A stretch of 64,000 nucleotides of DNA from Spirochaetia bacterium (GTDB lineage: Bacteria > Spirochaetota > Spirochaetia > DSM-16054 > Sediminispirochaetaceae): contig JAXHMY010000009.1 of the NCBI GenBank assembly GCA_034520965.1, positions 64,001-128,000 of the forward strand. The letters run 5' to 3'. A program made the position numbers and the translations under genes. Within the stretch, counting starts at the first letter, position 1; each line of letters opens with the position of its first letter. Shown in pieces: positions 59,188 to 64,000 of this stretch. The notes under the pieces are model-generated. The model worked only from the letters and a program-made list of their open reading frames with translations, did no database searches and had not been told where the DNA came from.

Positions 59188-59666
59188 ACGCTGCTACTAT
59201 CACGGTAAATGTAATTGCCCTGGCGGCACTGCTGTGGGCGCTTAGCAAGGATCGCAGCAAGACGAAACAGGCCCTTCGCGTGGCGGTCCGCTCTTTCCTA
59301 GGGATGTTGCCGATGGTCCTCACCATTATCATTCTCATCGGAGTACTGCTTGGTTTCGTTACGCCACAGATTATTCAGAATCTGCTTGGCGAGGAGAGCG
59401 GATTTTTCGGAATACTTACCGCGGCTCTCATCGGCGCGGTAATGCACATTCCCTCGCTTATCGCCTTTCCTCTGGCCGCGTCGCTGTTGGAAGGGGGAGC
59501 GGCGGTGGGAACGGTCGCCGGCTTCATTGCCAGCCTCACCATGATCGGGGTGCTTACCTTCCCGGTGGAGGTTCGTGAATTGGGAGTCAAAATGACGATT
59601 ATGCGCAACGGCTTCGGCTTTCTCTTCGCCATTGCCATAGCACTAGTCATGGGGGTTTTACTATGA
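59184..59666 (+). CDS. Small permease subunit (split DUF318-like pair)
   Basis: HIPSLIAFPLAASLLEGGA; homolog of 30683-31162. Confidence 0.8.
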   Translation: MNAATITVNVIALAALLWALSKDRSKTKQALRVAVRSFLGMLPMVLTIIILIGVLLGFVTPQIIQNLLGEESGFFGILTAALIGAVMHIPSLIAFPLAASLLEGGAAVGTVAGFIASLTMIGVLTFPVEVRELGVKMTIMRNGFGFLFAIAIALVMGVLL

Positions 59667-60219
59667 ACGAGAAGAATAGAAAAACGATTCGGAATGCAGA
59701 GCCAGTGCAGAAAAGTAGTACTGAAGGATTGGAGTAGGAACTGCAGTGATCGCCGGTATCCTCATCTATCTGTTTCCGGATAACAGGGCTCGGGCAGTAG
59801 ACACTTCGCTGCGCTTTTTCTACGAGATGATATCGATCCTCCCGGCAATAGTCGTTCTCATCGGTCTGTTCGCCGTCTTTGTTCCCAAGCAGATGGTGGC
59901 AAACTATCTGGGACACGCCTCCGGAGTCAAAGGATTTCTCCTGGCAATATTCCTGGGCGCCCTTCCCACGGGCCCACTTTACGTGGCCTTTCCCCTGGCT
60001 GCCGCTATGCTGAAGAAAGGGGCCCGGGTGGCCAACATGATAGTATTTCTCACCGCCTGGGCCTGCATAAAGCTGCCCCAGGAGATGGTGGAGCTGCAGT
60101 TCATGGGGCTTAAGTTTACCCTGCTCCGTTTCAGCCTCACGGCGGCTGCCGCCGTACTGATGGGACTGCTTACCGAGAGATTGATGAAGACTGCCGAAAA
60201 TACACAAGAATCGGCGTAA
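59663..60219 (+). CDS. Small permease subunit (split DUF318-like pair); frameshift near 59720 or GTG start at 59746
   Basis: TGPLYVAFPLAAAMLKKGA and AWACIKLP; homolog of 30147-30686. Confidence 0.75.
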
Positions 60220-60245
60220 TGTCTAAAAAAGAGAGGTATGAAAAA

Positions 60246-60635
60246 ATGAAAATTGTCGACCTACATTCCATTACCGCTTATCCATTGGAAGAAAAGGATA
60301 AGAACGTGTTTTTTGAAACCCGAGAGTTCAAGACGCGTATCACCGAGCTCGGGGAGGGTGGAAAAATTCCCCAATGTGATATGACTTCCCATGTGATCTT
60401 TGTCGTCATAAAAGGCGAAGCGGAGCTCACGGTCAATGAAGAGACGAAGACGATTCGAGAAGGAGAGGCAATGATTACCGAACCGGCTCGACTCTCGCTT
60501 TATTCGGAGAGGGGCGTACGGATCATGGGTATCCAGATTCACCTGCAAAACGAACGAGAAATCAGGCATGGATGTTGTAACGAATTGGTCACCGGTCTCT
60601 TGATATTCATCTCACACACTCATACAGGTCCCTGA
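60246..60635 (+). CDS. Cupin domain protein
   Basis: VIFVVIKGEAELTVNEE...IREGE cupin pattern. Confidence 0.7.
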   Translation: MKIVDLHSITAYPLEEKDKNVFFETREFKTRITELGEGGKIPQCDMTSHVIFVVIKGEAELTVNEETKTIREGEAMITEPARLSLYSERGVRIMGIQIHLQNEREIRHGCCNELVTGLLIFISHTHTGP

Positions 60636-61155
60636 AGCCTTTCCCGATGTTTTTGCTCTCATCGAGGAGGGGATTAAAGGGGCCTCCGTTGACGTAGGAA
60701 CTTATGGGACCGGATCCACCTCCCGAACCGCTCCCGTCGCCACCTCCGGCGGCTCGACCTCCGGACCCGGCAGCGGAACCTGAGTCGCTATTGTTTTGCC
60801 ACTCGATCGCTCGTTGGTCGATTTCCATCAGCTGGTCAGGGGTGAGCAGCTCTAATTCCAGGTACTGCAGAGTTTCATCCGCCCACGTCGCTTCTATCCG
60901 CCCCATGGACTCGATATCCTCCATCACTTCTCGCAGTTCCCGCTTCTGCCCTTCGCTGAGTCTCAATTCTTTATTCTCAGTAACCATTCCGTAGACATAG
61001 CCGAAGAAGCGTCCGAGATTATAGACCACGGCAGTCTCCTCCTTGGCCTTCTGAATTTCCGGGTCGGGGGTGCTCTGGGCGTGTGCCGGGAAGTTCACCG
61101 CCGTCGCTAAAAGGGCTGCGAAGATTGCCATTGGTATAAAAAGTTTCCTGTTCAT
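60607..61155 (-). CDS. Exported hypothetical protein with Gly/Ser-rich linker
   Basis: Signal peptide (AHA); LRLSEGQK, LLTPDQL and terminal FNPL; last gene of the exporter operon. Confidence 0.7.
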   Translation of the reverse strand: MNRKLFIPMAIFAALLATAVNFPAHAQSTPDPEIQKAKEETAVVYNLGRFFGYVYGMVTENKELRLSEGQKRELREVMEDIESMGRIEATWADETLQYLELELLTPDQLMEIDQRAIEWQNNSDSGSAAGSGGRAAGGGDGSGSGGGSGPISSYVNGGPFNPLLDESKNIGKGFRDLYECVR

Positions 61156-61177
61156 GTTACTCCTCTCCTATGTATTT

Positions 61178-62404
61178 TTATTCGTAGCGGAGCGCATCGA
61201 TGGGGTCTAAGCGAGATGCTCGATAGGCCGGATACCCTCCGAAAAACAGGCCGATGAGAAATGCGAAACCGAAGGCTAAAAATATCGAGGCAAGCGACAA
61301 TTGGGATGCCATTCCCCCGAAGGTTGAAACTCCCCAGGAGGATGCAATTCCGAGGCCGATTCCCGCTATTCCACCGAGAAGGGATATAATGACCGCCTCG
61401 GAGATAAACTGCCGCATGATGTCGGCGGCGGTGGCACCGAGGGCCATCCGCACACCTATCTCCCGGGTCCTCTCGGTGACCGATACCAGCATGATGTTCA
61501 TAATGCCGATTCCTCCCACTATCAGGCTGATGGCGGCAATGCTCACCAGCAGAATGGTAAAGGTCTCCGTCACGTCTTGGCGGGTGGCGAGGATGTCGAG
61601 TTGATTGGCAATATAGAAGTCGGCCGAATCCATGTTGGGTAAGTTATGCAGTCTCAATATCTCCTGTTCCAGGATACGCTGCAATTCACGCATAATCTCC
61701 GTACTATTCGCCGTTATATTGATCAGTGCATACTCCCTCTCTCCCTCCACGTAGCGCTGGAAGGTCGATATGGGGATAAAGACGGAGGTATCCGAGCTGG
61801 AGCTGCCCTTCTCCTCCATGATTCCGGCGATGCGGTAATTGATTCCATTGATTCTGATCTGCCGGCCTAGGGGGTCATCACCCTCCGGAAAGAGGCTGCG
61901 GTAGATCTCGATACCGATAACGGCGACTCGCCTGCGGCCGTCGACATCGGCGGCGGTAAAAAAGTCTCCGTGTACGGGATGAAAGTTCCGTATTTCTGGA
62001 TACTCGGTAGTGGTTCCGACGAGGCTTGCCACGGCATTCACGTTCTCGTATTTTACCTGCCCCGTGGCGGACGCCTCGGGAGCTGCAGCAGTGACATATT
62101 CGGGGGAGAAGGAGCGGATGAGTTCGAGGTCCTCTTCGGTAAGGGAGGGCCGGATATTCGTCGTGTTTCTGCGTACGAGGCTTCCCCCGCGCCTTTCTCC
62201 GGAGTACACGAGCATGAGGTTGGAACCGAGGGACTCCAGGCTCTCTTCGACGGATTTTCTCGCTCCGTTTCCCAGTGCCACCAGGGCGATAACCGCGGCG
62301 ACTCCTATCATTACACCGAGGGCGGTAAGAAAGGAACGCACCTTGTTCGATGCGATGCTGCGGAGACTCATTTTGAGGCTTTCGTAGAAGGCAACTCTCT
62401 TCAT
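61178..62404 (-). CDS. MacB/FtsX-like ABC permease
   Basis: RSFLTALGVMIGVAAV, VGGIGIMNIMLVSVTERTREIG and LDPIDALRYE. Confidence 0.93.
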   Translation of the reverse strand: MKRVAFYESLKMSLRSIASNKVRSFLTALGVMIGVAAVIALVALGNGARKSVEESLESLGSNLMLVYSGERRGGSLVRRNTTNIRPSLTEEDLELIRSFSPEYVTAAAPEASATGQVKYENVNAVASLVGTTTEYPEIRNFHPVHGDFFTAADVDGRRRVAVIGIEIYRSLFPEGDDPLGRQIRINGINYRIAGIMEEKGSSSSDTSVFIPISTFQRYVEGEREYALINITANSTEIMRELQRILEQEILRLHNLPNMDSADFYIANQLDILATRQDVTETFTILLVSIAAISLIVGGIGIMNIMLVSVTERTREIGVRMALGATAADIMRQFISEAVIISLLGGIAGIGLGIASSWGVSTFGGMASQLSLASIFLAFGFAFLIGLFFGGYPAYRASRLDPIDALRYE

Positions 62405-63102
62405 CAGACATACTCCTCGGCAGGGATATCCGCGATTATCCGCCCGTCCATCAGCCGGACCTCCCGTTTTGCCTCACGGGCCAGCTCGGTATCGTGGGTT
62501 ACCATTAAGAGGGTTACCCCCTCATCATGGAGTTCGTGGAACAGCTGCATTATATCCGTACCGGTCTTCGAATCGAGGGCTCCGGTCGGCTCATCGGCCA
62601 GCAGATAATCTTCGGCTCGCTCGCCAAGGCCCTTGCAATGGCAACCCGCTGACGCTGGCCGCCGGAGAGTCGATTTGGTACACGCCCCTCCCTGTCGCTC
62701 AGGCCGACTCGTGCCATCATGCTGCGGGCCCGCTCCTTCCGCTCTTTCGGCTTGAGCCCGGCATATATGAGGGGGAGTTCGACATTCTCCAATGCCGTCT
62801 CGCGTCCAAGCAGATTGAAGGACTGAAATACAAAGCCGATATACTTGTTCCGCACATGGGCCAGCTCATTGCCTTTCATCTTGGATACATCGGTGCCCGA
62901 AAGACGGTAGCCTCCTTCGGTGGGATTGTCGAGACAGCCGATAATGTCCATCAGGGTGGACTTGCCCGATCCGCTCGGCCCGACTATGGCCACGAACTCA
63001 CCCTCGGCGACAGTAAGGCTCAGCTCGTCGTATCGCCTTTACGATAGTCGGTCCCATGACATAGTGGCGCCTCAAGTTTTCCATTTCGATTATCGCCGCC
63101 AT
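62404..63102 (-). pseudogene. LolD/MacB-type ABC ATP-binding protein, frameshifts ~63033 and ~62600
   Basis: MAAIIEMENLRRHY start; GPSGSGKST and [17 protein letters not shown] continues in another frame. Confidence 0.85.
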
Positions 63103-63103
63103 T

Positions 63104-64000
63104 TTATCGCCCCCCGCCGCTGCCCGGCGTATTCATAGGTAGAATCGATGATCCCGACGAGGAGCTCTCGCCAGCCCCAAGGGTGAATGCGGTCCCCTCC
63201 GGCACTACCACCTGAGCCCCTTCTTCGAGACCCTCGGTAATGACAATATTCCTGCCGTCGGAAGCCCCCGCAAGGACCCGCCTGGTTACCGTCTCTCCGT
63301 CTTCATAGACTTCGAGATAGTCATCTTCCGCGCACCGAAGAGACCGCGGAGGCGGGGACGATCAGCCCTGTATCGTTGCTTACGAGTACGGAAAGATCGG
63401 CGCTCATCCCGGGACGCAATCTCTCTCCGTTCCCTTTCGAATGGATGAGGGCCGAAACGGTAAAAATTGATATGTTGTTCACGATTTCCGCAGAGGGGCT
63501 CACCTTGTCTACTCGCGAGTCAATTGACTCGGCTCCGAGCATATCGGCGCTGATTCTCACCGGCATTCCCGCCTCGATCTTCGCGATATCGAACTCATCA
63601 ACTTCCGCGAGGACCCGCAGACGTGTGAGATCGGCAAAGGTAAGAAGTGGGGCACCGCTGTTTACCTGTTCTCCTTCAAAGGCCTGCGAATTCAGTACCA
63701 CACCTCTGAAGGAGGCCCGAATTACCGTCCCATCAATCTTCTCGTTCGCCCTCTCGAGAAGCAGGAGATTCTGATCGACCTTGATGCCGGCGGCTCTGCG
63801 GTCCAGTTCGGCATGGGCCGCCGCCTCGCGTGCTTTCTCGAGCTGAGCCCGGGTAATCGAACCGGCTGAGAAGAGTCCTTCCTGCTCCGCCACCTGCTCT
63901 TCTGCACTGTGTAAGACGAGTTCGCTTCTTCGGAAATCGAGCCGGGCCTGTTCGAGGTCGAGTTCTGCCTTTTGAATATCTTTTTTCAAATCTGCATCGT
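63104..64000 (-). CDS. Efflux periplasmic adaptor (MacA/HlyD-like), 5'-partial, frameshift ~63325
   Basis: IRASFRGVV, EVDEFDIAKI and LRPGMSA. Confidence 0.85.

Noticed and set aside
1..64000. CRISPR array, tRNA/rRNA, integron integrase, selenocysteine recoding
   Set aside because: No regular repeat-spacer array, RNA gene or recombinase was seen, and no in-frame TGA at a catalytic Cys position was noticed

Overview
Bacterial accessory region, possibly from an anaerobic spirochaete (weak inference from protein types). Left to right it holds: (1) two divergent xanthine-dehydrogenase-family Mo-hydroxylase operons (1-6170); (2) a ~7.2 kb arsenic-related island bounded by a 42-bp direct repeat, with sigZ, an ArsP-like permease, a broken arsR, arsD, arsA, a CMD protein, two YlbF-like proteins ending in Cys-Cys-stop and an M29 peptidase, but no arsB/acr3/arsC; (3) an ynjBCDEF-like cluster (14177-25196) with an FAD/Fe-S oxidoreductase, a CCG protein, an exported rhodanese-DedA fusion inside a 1432-bp tandem duplication, a methyltransferase, a CDP-alcohol phosphotransferase and an ABC importer; (4) an ArsR-controlled thiol/permease island (25-36 kb) with a four-copy palindromic operator and an IS1634 carrying a ~165-bp target duplication; (5) CDF/MarR, a two-component system with a double-flavinylation-motif lipoprotein, and hemerythrin, HD-GYP and PAS genes; (6) a toxin-antitoxin cluster with duplications, gene fragments, long palindromes and a T-poor structured repeat; (7) a MerR-promoter-driven disulfide oxidoreductase, a PadR-permease operon and a MacAB-like exporter. 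Many single-base frameshifts lie in or near homopolymers and may be sequencing errors. No rRNA, tRNA or CRISPR array was seen.
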